This document shows positions 8,847-16,238 of a DNA stretch of 32,000 nt, in pieces. Made by a program: the position numbers and the translations under genes. The notes beneath the pieces were generated by a model, which saw nothing but the letters and a program-made list of their open reading frames with translations, searched no databases and had not been told where the DNA came from. How positions within the stretch are numbered: position 1 is the first letter of the stretch; each line of letters begins with the position of its first letter. The stretch comes from Gemmata obscuriglobus (GTDB lineage Bacteria > Planctomycetota > Planctomycetia > Gemmatales > Gemmataceae), in the NCBI RefSeq assembly GCF_008065095.1, contig NZ_CP042911.1, positions 870,001-902,000 of the forward strand. The letters are read 5' to 3'.

Positions 8847-10091
8847 TTACTTGCTCAGACCTTCCAGCAGCTTGATGAGCGGCAGGAACAGCGAGATCAC
8901 GATGGCGCCGATGGTGAAACCCAGGAACACGATCATGATGGGCTCCAGCAGCGAGATCAGCGACTTGACGAGGTTGTCCACCCACTCGTCGTAGAAGTCG
9001 GCGATCTTGTAGAGCATCGTGTCCAGGTCGCCGGTCTCCTCGCCCACCTCCACCATATTCACGACCATCGCGTCCACCAAACGGGACTCGCGGAGCGGGT
9101 CGGCGATCGTGTCGCCCTCGCGGATCGACTCGAAGATCCGCTGGAACATCCGCTCAAACACCGCGTTGTTGGCCGTCTCCTTCACGATCGAGATGGCCTC
9201 CAGGATCGGCACGCCGGAGCTGATCAGGGTGCCCAGCGTCCGCATGGTCCGGGCCACGATCGTCTTCTCGACGAGCTGGCCCACCACCGGTATCCAGAGC
9301 GTGGCCCGGTCCAGGGCGAAGTTCCCGGCCCGCGACAGCCGGATCAGCTTGATCAGGAAGTACAGTGCGGTTGGGAACAGTGGAATGGTCCACCAGTACT
9401 CGGACATCCAGTTCGAGACCCGGATGAGCGTCAGAGTGGCCCACGGCAGGGTCATCCCGAACTCGTCGAAGATCTTCTTAAACTTCGGGATGATCGCCAC
9501 CATGATGAAGGTGAGGATCGCCACCGCGACGAAGATCACGACCGCCGGGTAGACCATCGCGCCGATGATCTTGGACTTGAGGCTCTGGGCCTTCTCGAGG
9601 AAGTCCGCGAGCCGCTGGAGAATGATTTCCAGCGCACCACCGGCCTCGCCGGCCCGCACCATGTTCACGTACAGCTTGCTGAACGCCTTCGGGTGCCGGC
9701 TCAGGGCCTCGGACAGCGCCGAGCCGGACTCGACGTCGTCCACCACGTCGATCATGGAGTTCTTGAGCGCGCTGGGCGGCATCTGCCGCTCCAGGATGCG
9801 GAGCGACCGGAGCACCGGCAGGCCGGCGTCCTGGAGCGTCGAGAACTGGCGGGTGAAGGTCACCAGTTGCTTCTGCTTGACGCCGCCGATGACGAACGTC
9901 TTGCGGCTCTTGCCGGTCTTCTTCTTCCCCTTGCCCTTGCTCCCCTTGCCCCCGGCGACCGCGGTCAGCTTGGTGACGAAGTACCCCTTCGCCTTGACCT
10001 TCTGCTGCGCCTCTTCCTCGTTGGCGGCTTCGATGGAGTCCTTGACCTCGGCCCCGGACGTGTCCAGCGCCTCGTACTTGAACGTAGGCAT
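8847..10091 (-). CDS. Type II secretion / type IV pilus platform protein (GspF/PilC family)
   Basis: ATG at 10091 gives MPTFKYEALDTSGAEVKDSIEAANEEEA. There are two GspF-type repeats (QLVTFTRQFSTLQDAGLPVLRSL and TMRTLGTLISSGVPILEAISI) and predicted TM helices. The ORF-track start at 10157 reads through the heptamer repeat. Confidence 0.9.
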   Translation of the reverse strand: MPTFKYEALDTSGAEVKDSIEAANEEEAQQKVKAKGYFVTKLTAVAGGKGSKGKGKKKTGKSRKTFVIGGVKQKQLVTFTRQFSTLQDAGLPVLRSLRILERQMPPSALKNSMIDVVDDVESGSALSEALSRHPKAFSKLYVNMVRAGEAGGALEIILQRLADFLEKAQSLKSKIIGAMVYPAVVIFVAVAILTFIMVAIIPKFKKIFDEFGMTLPWATLTLIRVSNWMSEYWWTIPLFPTALYFLIKLIRLSRAGNFALDRATLWIPVVGQLVEKTIVARTMRTLGTLISSGVPILEAISIVKETANNAVFERMFQRIFESIREGDTIADPLRESRLVDAMVVNMVEVGEETGDLDTMLYKIADFYDEWVDNLVKSLISLLEPIMIVFLGFTIGAIVISLFLPLIKLLEGLSK

Positions 10092-10101
10092 CACTTTCTC
10101 C

Positions 10102-10132
10102 AATGCGGAATGCGGAATTCGGAATTCGGAAC
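10102..10132. repeat. Heptamer tandem array AATGCGG-AATGCGG-AATTCGG-AATTCGG-AAC (left terminus of the four-helix-bundle cassette)
   Basis: Read directly from the sequence. Matches the reverse complement of 10663-10687 at 24 of 25 positions. Confidence 0.9.
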
Positions 10133-10195
10133 CGAGACACCCGCACCCGCGGGCCACCGTCGCTCGTGCCCCCTTGCGAGGAGGGGCGCCAACCG

Positions 10196-10636
10196 TTACC
10201 GGGTGCCGTTTCGGGTGGTCTTGATAGACGCCACCACCATGGCCACGATTTCACCGGCCTCCGCGTGCAGGTCGGCCAGTGCCTCCGGCTTCACCAGCCC
10301 GCCTTCCGTCAGCAGCTCGAACCAGTAGGCCGATTCGTCGGCCTCTTCCTCAACAACCCCTAACTTCGCGACGAACTCCGCCGGCGACCGCCCCCGGCAC
10401 GCGGCCCGGTAGTTGGCACCCACCGAGGTCGCGCTGCGCAGGAGCTGCTTACCGATCACATCACCCGAACGCGTGGCCGGCAAAGTGTCCACCAGCCGCA
10501 TGACGCGAAGGGCAAACGCCTTCGTGCGGACACGAAGGTCGGGCGACTTCTTGGGCAATGCGGAACCCTTGGGCAATGCGGAATGCGGAACGCGGAATTC
10601 GGAATCAGAAGACGAAACCGGCGAGTCGGCCCCCAT
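10196..10636 (-). CDS. Four-helix-bundle protein (23S rRNA intervening-sequence protein family, TIGR02436/PF05635-like)
   Basis: LRSATSVGANYRAACRGRSPAEFVAKLGVVEEEADESAYWFELL matches the family core (SIxANIAEG...S..EF...L.IA.GS..E). The first 26 codons from the ATG at 10636 translate the heptamer repeat. A TTG at 10558 would give the typical ~120-aa length. Confidence 0.8.
   Translation of the reverse strand: MGADSPVSSSDSEFRVPHSALPKGSALPKKSPDLRVRTKAFALRVMRLVDTLPATRSGDVIGKQLLRSATSVGANYRAACRGRSPAEFVAKLGVVEEEADESAYWFELLTEGGLVKPEALADLHAEAGEIVAMVVASIKTTRNGTR
10550..10606. repeat. 16-nt direct duplication (CTTGGGCAATGCGGAA at 10550-10565 and 10568-10583) running into the heptamer array AATGCGG-AATGCGG-AACGCGG-AATTCGG-AATC (10575-10606)
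   Basis: Read directly from the sequence. Same orientation as the array at 10102-10132. Confidence 0.9.
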
Positions 10637-10662
10637 CTCATGCTCCGCTGTGTTGCTGCTTT

Positions 10663-10687
10663 AATTCCGAATTCCGCACTCCGCATT
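10663..10687. repeat. Inverted copy of the heptamer array (right terminus of the cassette)
   Basis: AATTCCGAATTCCGCACTCCGCATT is the reverse complement of AATGCGGAGTGCGGAATTCGGAATT. It lies 6 nt after the stop of the upstream ATPase gene. Confidence 0.9.
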
Positions 10688-10692
10688 TTCCC

Positions 10693-12633
10693 TTAGGCCT
10701 CGTCTTCCTGCACCGTCTCGCGCACCACCTCGTCGAGGGTGGTGGTGCCGGCGAACAGGGCCTTCAGGCCGGCCTCGCGGAGCCCCGGGGTGCCGGTCTT
10801 GCGGCAGTACGCCCGGACCGCGTCGGTGCTGGCCCCGCGGCTCACCATGTCGCGCAGGTCGTCGTTCATGACCAGGATCTCGTACAGCCCGGTGCGGCCC
10901 TTGAACCCGAGGTTGTTACACTTGTCGCACCCCTCGCCGTAGTAGAACGGCCGCTTGCCCACCTGATCCGGGGTCAGGTTCACCTCCATGATCTGCTCGC
11001 GGGTCGGCTCGTAGGCGGTCTTGCAGTTCACGCACACGCGCCGCACCAGCCGCTGGGCCTGGATCGCCTCCACCGTGGCGGTGATGAGGAACGGCTCCAC
11101 CCCCATGTCGCGGAGCCGGGTGATCGACGACGGGGCGTCGTTGGTGTGCAGCGTGCTAAACACCAGGTGCCCGGTGAGCGACGCCTGGATGGCGATGCCG
11201 GCGGTCTCGAGGTCGCGGATCTCGCCCACGAGGATCACGTCCGGGTCCTGCCGCAGGATGGCCCGCAGCGCGCTGGCGAAGGTGACGTCGATCTCGTGGT
11301 TGATCGGGCACTGGATGATGCCGTCGATCTCGTACTCGACCGGGTCCTCGGTGGTGATGAGCTTGGTCTCGATGTCGTTCAGCTCGGACAGCGCCGAGTA
11401 CAGCGTGGTGGTCTTGCCGGCCCCGGTCGGGCCGGTCACCAGGACGATCCCGTTGGGCTTGTGGATCACCGCCCGGAACGTGCCGAGCAGGTCCGGCGGC
11501 ATCCCGATGCGGTCCAGCGACAGCCCGACGTTGGTGCGGTCCAGCACCCGGATGACGACGCTCTCGCCGAACAGCGTGGGCAGCACCGACACCCGCATGT
11601 CCACCGGGTTGCCGCCCACGTTCAGCTCGATGCGGCCGTCCTGGGGCATGCGCCGCTCGGCGATGTCCAGGTTCGCCATGACCTTGATGCGGCTGGCGAT
11701 GGCGGTGGCGAGGTGGCGCGGCGGGGGCACCATCTCGTACAGCACCCCGTCGCACCGGTACCGCATCTTGTACTCGTCCTCGAACGGCTCGAAGTGGATG
11801 TCCGAGGCGTGGTCGCGGATGGCCATCAGCAGCACCATGTTGATGAGCTTCCGGACCGGGGCGGCGTTGGCCATCTCCGCCAGGTCGCCGATGTCGATGC
11901 TGTTCTCGCGGCCCGTGGAGGCGGACCCGATGCTCTCGTCGGCGGCGATCTGGGCGTACACCGACGAGATGGACTCCTCCTTCTCGTTCGAGTAGGCCCG
12001 CTGCATCAGCGCCTGGACCTGCTTGGGCGGCCCGAGGATCGCGTTCACCTGCCGCACCCCGGGCAGCAGGTTGCGGAGGTCGTCCGTGGCCTGCATGTTG
12101 TTGGGGTCGGACATCGCGACCGTCAGCACGTCGTTCTCGAAGCTGATCGGGACGAGCTTGTACACCTCCGCGATGTTCTTCATCACCAGCTTGACCGCGG
12201 CCGGCGTGGGCTTGGTGTCCTCCAGGTTCGCCACGCGCATGCCGTGAATCTCGGCCTGCGCCTGGAGCAGTTGCTCCTCGTTGATGAGCCCGCGCTGCAT
12301 GGCCAGCTCGCCGAGCTGCGCGTCGGTGGTGCGCAGGTCCTCGTAGAGCGTCTCGACCTGCGGGCCGTCGAGGAACCCGAGGTCCTCGAGCTTCTTGGCG
12401 AGCTGGCGGGTGTTGGCGTCGATGTACGAGAAGCGGTCCTTGGCCGGGGCCTTCTTGGCGGCCGGCTGCGGCGCCGCCTTCTGGGGCGCGGCGCCGGCCT
12501 TCTGGGGCGCGGCCCCGGGGCGCGGGGCGCCCGCCTTCGGCGGCTGGCCGGCGGGCGGCTTCGGCGGCCCCGCGGCCGGGGCCGTGGGCTTCTTGGGCGG
12601 GTTCGGGTTGCTCGGCGGCGTCGGCGTGGCCAT
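10693..12633 (-). CDS. PilB/GspE-family secretion ATPase (copy 2) with a Pro/Ala/Lys-rich N-terminal extension
   Basis: Walker A GPTGAGKTTT. Tetracysteine motif CVNCK...CDKCNNLGFKGRTG. T2SSE_N-like region GELAMQRGLINEEQLLQAQAE. ATG at 12633. Confidence 0.93.
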   Translation of the reverse strand: MATPTPPSNPNPPKKPTAPAAGPPKPPAGQPPKAGAPRPGAAPQKAGAAPQKAAPQPAAKKAPAKDRFSYIDANTRQLAKKLEDLGFLDGPQVETLYEDLRTTDAQLGELAMQRGLINEEQLLQAQAEIHGMRVANLEDTKPTPAAVKLVMKNIAEVYKLVPISFENDVLTVAMSDPNNMQATDDLRNLLPGVRQVNAILGPPKQVQALMQRAYSNEKEESISSVYAQIAADESIGSASTGRENSIDIGDLAEMANAAPVRKLINMVLLMAIRDHASDIHFEPFEDEYKMRYRCDGVLYEMVPPPRHLATAIASRIKVMANLDIAERRMPQDGRIELNVGGNPVDMRVSVLPTLFGESVVIRVLDRTNVGLSLDRIGMPPDLLGTFRAVIHKPNGIVLVTGPTGAGKTTTLYSALSELNDIETKLITTEDPVEYEIDGIIQCPINHEIDVTFASALRAILRQDPDVILVGEIRDLETAGIAIQASLTGHLVFSTLHTNDAPSSITRLRDMGVEPFLITATVEAIQAQRLVRRVCVNCKTAYEPTREQIMEVNLTPDQVGKRPFYYGEGCDKCNNLGFKGRTGLYEILVMNDDLRDMVSRGASTDAVRAYCRKTGTPGLREAGLKALFAGTTTLDEVVRETVQEDEA

Positions 12634-12714
12634 CGGTGTTCCTGTGTGTGGAGGATGAAGCTGAGGGCGGGGCGTCAGCCCCTGGGGTTGTCCGGGCAGC
12701 GGGGCGACGGCCGC

Positions 12715-13896
12715 TTACCGCCTCCGCCGCTTGCGGTCGTTGTCGTCGTCGTCCTCTTCGTCCTCGTCTTCGTCCTCCTCCTCGTCCTCGCCGCCCCCCT
12801 CCTCGTCTTCGTCTTCGAGGCCGCGTTCGGCGTGCGCGATCTTCGCCGCCAACTCGTTGGGCTTACTGGACTTGAGGAGCACCTCTTCCTTCTCGCACAG
12901 GTCCTCGCGCCACAGCCGGAACAGCGAGTCGTCCAGCAGGAACATGCCGTGCTTGCGCCCGGTCTGCACCGACGAGTCGATGCGGTACGTCTTGTTCTCG
13001 CGGATCAGGTTCCGGATGGCGGGCGTCACCACCATCATCTCGTAGGCGGCGATGAGCCCCTCGGGCTTGCGCGGCAGGAGCGCCTGCGACAGCACCCCGA
13101 TGAGCGAGCCCGAGAGCTGCGTGCGGATCTGGTCCTGCTCGTTCTCGGGGAACACCGTGACCACCCGGTCCACGGTCGAGGCCGCGCCGGAGGTGTGGAG
13201 CGTGCCGAACACCAAGTGCCCGGTTTCGGCGGCCTCGAGCGCCGCCCGGATCGTTTCGAGGTCGCGCATTTCACCGACGAGGATCACGTCGGGGTCCATG
13301 CGCAGCGCCCGGCGGATGCCCTCCTTGAAGTCGGGCACGTCGATCCCGATCTCGCGCTGGTTGACGGTGCTCTTCTTGTGCTTGTGGAAGTACTCGATCG
13401 GGTCTTCCAGCGTGATGATGTGGCGGTCGTAGTTGTCGTTCAGGAAGTTCAGCATCGACGCCAGCGACGTCGTCTTGCCGGACCCGGTGGGGCCGGTCAC
13501 CAGGAACAGCCCGCGGGGGCGGATGATGAGGGACCGGATCGCTTCGGGCGTTCGCAGTTGCTCGAACGTGAGGAACTGGCTCGGGATGCGCCGCAGCACC
13601 ATCCCGACGGTCCCCTTCTGTTTGAACACCGCGACGCGGAACCGGTAACCGTCGACGTACTCGATGGCGAAGTCGGCGCCACCTTTCGTCTGCAGCTCCT
13701 GCTGACACCGGTCCGGGGTGATGGACTTCATCAGCCCGGTGGTGTCGTCGTTGTCAAGGATCAGCCCGCCGAGGTCGAGCTTCTTCATACGCCCCTGGTG
13801 GCGCACGACCGGCGGCTGACCGACGCTAATGTGCAAGTCACTCGCTTTGAGCTGGATCACCGTCGCGAGCAACTTCTCCATTGAGACTTTAGGCAC
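12715..13896 (-). CDS. pilT: Type IV pilus retraction ATPase PilT with an unusual acidic/basic C-terminal tail
   Basis: ASDLHI, Walker A GPTGSGKTTS, and the PilT signature AIRNLIRE. The ORF-track start at 13896 is a GTG. The ATG at 13881 (MEKLLATVIQLKASDLH) is an equally plausible start. Confidence 0.93.
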   Translation of the reverse strand: MPKVSMEKLLATVIQLKASDLHISVGQPPVVRHQGRMKKLDLGGLILDNDDTTGLMKSITPDRCQQELQTKGGADFAIEYVDGYRFRVAVFKQKGTVGMVLRRIPSQFLTFEQLRTPEAIRSLIIRPRGLFLVTGPTGSGKTTSLASMLNFLNDNYDRHIITLEDPIEYFHKHKKSTVNQREIGIDVPDFKEGIRRALRMDPDVILVGEMRDLETIRAALEAAETGHLVFGTLHTSGAASTVDRVVTVFPENEQDQIRTQLSGSLIGVLSQALLPRKPEGLIAAYEMMVVTPAIRNLIRENKTYRIDSSVQTGRKHGMFLLDDSLFRLWREDLCEKEEVLLKSSKPNELAAKIAHAERGLEDEDEEGGGEDEEEDEDEDEEDDDDNDRKRRRR

Positions 13897-14098
13897 GGGG
13901 TACCCCTTTGCCAGAGCGACGGTGCCGAGGCGGACACAAATGGCACCAAGGGCGCGTTCGCGTCCCGGTGTCGCATTATCTCCGCCGCGGCCGGCGCAAC
14001 CAAAAACGGATCACGAACGCGCGGGCGAGTAAAACCGACACGATTCAAGTTCGACCGGAGCCCATCGGACCCCGGTCTCTATCGGCCGCCGACCGGCA

Positions 14099-15808
14099 CT
14101 AAGCTTCGCGGGCAACGAGCACTTCCGCGTGGCAGGTGCTCAGCACCTCCTCCAATGTGGTGCTGCCCCTGATAGCTTTCAGAATCCCGTCTTCGAGCAG
14201 CGAACGCATCCCGCCCCCCCGCGCCTTCCGGCGAATGTCCTGCGTTGGGGCCTGGGCAAATGTCATTTCACGAATTGCCGAGGTCATTCTTAACATCTCG
14301 AAAATGCCCTGGCGACCGCGGTAACCTGTTTGCCGGCAATGGTTACAGCCGCGGCCCTTCATGAAGTTCGCTTTCGAGAGTTCTTCCGGCGTGAGGCCGC
14401 CCGCCTTAATCTCTGCCGCTTGCGGCTGATACGACTCGCGACACTTGATGCAGTTCATCCGCACCAGACGTTGAGCCATGATCGCGATGACCGAGCTGGC
14501 GATGAGGAACGGAGGCACTCCGATGTCACCGAGGCGGGTCACAGCACTGGGCGCGTCGTTCGTGTGCAGTGTCGAGAAAACCAAGTGTCCAGTCAGAGAA
14601 GCCTGCACGGCGATTTCTGCGGTCTCCTTGTCGCGAATTTCGCCTACCAAAATAATGTTAGGCGCTTGACGAAGCATGGCGCGAATAATCCGGGCGAAAT
14701 CGAGCCCGATGTTGTGTTTCACCTCGACCTGGTTGATCCCGGGCAGGTAGTACTCGACCGGGTCCTCGGCGGTGATGATTTTCCGGTCCGGACGATTGAG
14801 TTCGTTGAGCGCGGAGTACAGTGTGGTGGTCTTCCCCGAGCCGGTCGGTCCGGTGACCAGGAAGATCCCGTTGGGGCGCTTGATGATTTGCTGGAACCGC
14901 ATGTAGTCGTCTTCCGCAAATCCCAGGTCCTTGATGCTGACCTGAATGTTGCCGCGGTCCAGAATGCGCATGACGGCCGACTGGCCGTGGACGGTCGGCA
15001 GCAGGCTGACCCGCAGGTCGAAGTGTTTGCCCTGCACCGTCATCTTGATGCGCCCGTCCTGCGGGCGGCGCTTCTCACTGATGTCGATCTGACCCATGAT
15101 CTTGATACGCGACAGCATCGGAGCCAGTAACCGCCGGGGGGCGGCGTCGCGTTCGACCAGCACGCCGTCGATCCGGTACCGGATCCGAACGCGGTCGCCG
15201 AACGGCTCGATGTGGATGTCCGACGCGCGGAGGGTGATCGCTTCCGAGATGACGAGGTTGACCAGCTTCACGACCGGCGCGTCCGAGTCGTCGGCCGAAG
15301 CCATCGCCGTCGTGCTTTCGGTCTGGGTGAACTCGATCGCGGTGTCGGTGAACTCGACGAGCATGGAGTCCACGGACTCCGTTTCCGACTGACCGTAGTT
15401 CGCGTTGATGGCCTCCTGGATCTGCTCCTGGACCGCGAGAACCGGCTTGATCTCCTTGTTCAGAATGAACTTAAGCTTCTCGATGGTCTCGTAGTTCGTC
15501 GGGTCGGCGGTGATGAGCGAGAGGGTGTTGTCTTCCAGGTTGAGTGGAATAACGAGGTTCTCGCGGGCCACCGACTCGGGGACCAGTTCGATGACCGCCT
15601 TGGCGATGCTAACCTCTTTGAGGTCGACGAATTGCATCCCGTAGAACTCGGCGATCGCGGACATCACCTCGTTGGCCGCGAGGTACTGGAGCTTGATGAT
15701 CGCGTCCTGGAGCTTGAGGCCGGTGGCTTCCGCCTCGGCGATCTGGTCCGGGCTGATCATCTTCTTGCGGAGAAGAATGTCCGCGAAGTCGCCGCGCGCT
15801 TTGGCCAT
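14099..15808 (-). CDS. PilB/GspE-family secretion ATPase (copy 1), first gene of the operon
   Basis: N-terminal T2SSE_N/MshEN-like domain (ILLRKKMISPDQIAEAEA...). Walker A GPTGSGKTTT. Tetracysteine motif CIKCR...CNHCRQTGYRGR. AGGAG lies 7 nt upstream of the ATG at 15808. Confidence 0.93.
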   Translation of the reverse strand: MAKARGDFADILLRKKMISPDQIAEAEATGLKLQDAIIKLQYLAANEVMSAIAEFYGMQFVDLKEVSIAKAVIELVPESVARENLVIPLNLEDNTLSLITADPTNYETIEKLKFILNKEIKPVLAVQEQIQEAINANYGQSETESVDSMLVEFTDTAIEFTQTESTTAMASADDSDAPVVKLVNLVISEAITLRASDIHIEPFGDRVRIRYRIDGVLVERDAAPRRLLAPMLSRIKIMGQIDISEKRRPQDGRIKMTVQGKHFDLRVSLLPTVHGQSAVMRILDRGNIQVSIKDLGFAEDDYMRFQQIIKRPNGIFLVTGPTGSGKTTTLYSALNELNRPDRKIITAEDPVEYYLPGINQVEVKHNIGLDFARIIRAMLRQAPNIILVGEIRDKETAEIAVQASLTGHLVFSTLHTNDAPSAVTRLGDIGVPPFLIASSVIAIMAQRLVRMNCIKCRESYQPQAAEIKAGGLTPEELSKANFMKGRGCNHCRQTGYRGRQGIFEMLRMTSAIREMTFAQAPTQDIRRKARGGGMRSLLEDGILKAIRGSTTLEEVLSTCHAEVLVAREA

Positions 15809-16238
15809 GAGAGGTCTCCTTTTCGTGGAAACGTGAACGACGAGACGGGCGGGCGAAGAGTATCGGATCAGGTTAAGGCGCTGGTTCAGAAGTTGACCGC
15901 TGAGCTGACGCCGACAGTGAACGTGGCCGCGACGAACGTGTCATCGGAATCCGAACTGACCAAGAGCACATGAATGGATGATGAGTTCAGTGTGACACGC
16001 CGCGCAGCGTGAGTGCAAGTGTAAAGAACGTGAAAGGCGCCAAAAATTGCGCCTTTGTAGCCCTGTTGCGCGCGTTTTCTCACAACTCTCTTGGCCCATC
16101 AATGATCGGTTCGGGCTCTCCGCCCCGAGTTCCAAACTCGGCGACGCCACTCACACGAGCAGGCGTATGACAGCGCGGGGAGGGGTCGACAGGTGGGATC
16201 CAGAAGCAAGCATCTGAAGCGACCGGAGGGCTCCTCCC

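Noticed and set aside
10196-10636. Presence of a 23S rRNA gene, because the ORF family is called the 23S rRNA IVS protein
   Set aside because: The flanks are protein-coding genes of the pilus operon. No rRNA-like sequence was recognised in the window.
10102-10687. Heptamer arrays as a CRISPR array, and the four-helix-bundle gene as the Avd of a diversity-generating retroelement
   Set aside because: The repeat unit is only 7 nt and tandem, with no spacers. There is no cas gene, reverse transcriptase or TR/VR pair anywhere in the window.
12715-12830. Triplet-repeat region at the PilT 3' end as a non-coding microsatellite or misassembly
   Set aside because: It is in frame with PilT, imperfect (mixed GAC/GAG/GAA/GGC codons), and ends in a defined RKRRRR plus stop. 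That is consistent with a coding low-complexity tail, although read-level verification is still advisable.
10558-13884. 1108-aa plus-strand ORF, together with similar long ORFs at 8463-10328(+), 3186-4790(+), 18401-19891(+) and 29723-31444(+)
   Set aside because: These are antisense shadows of well-supported minus-strand genes (PilB-like, PilT, GspF and others). Their translations are Arg/Gly/Pro/His/Leu-rich low-complexity sequence with no motifs. Stop-poor reverse frames are expected at ~70% GC.
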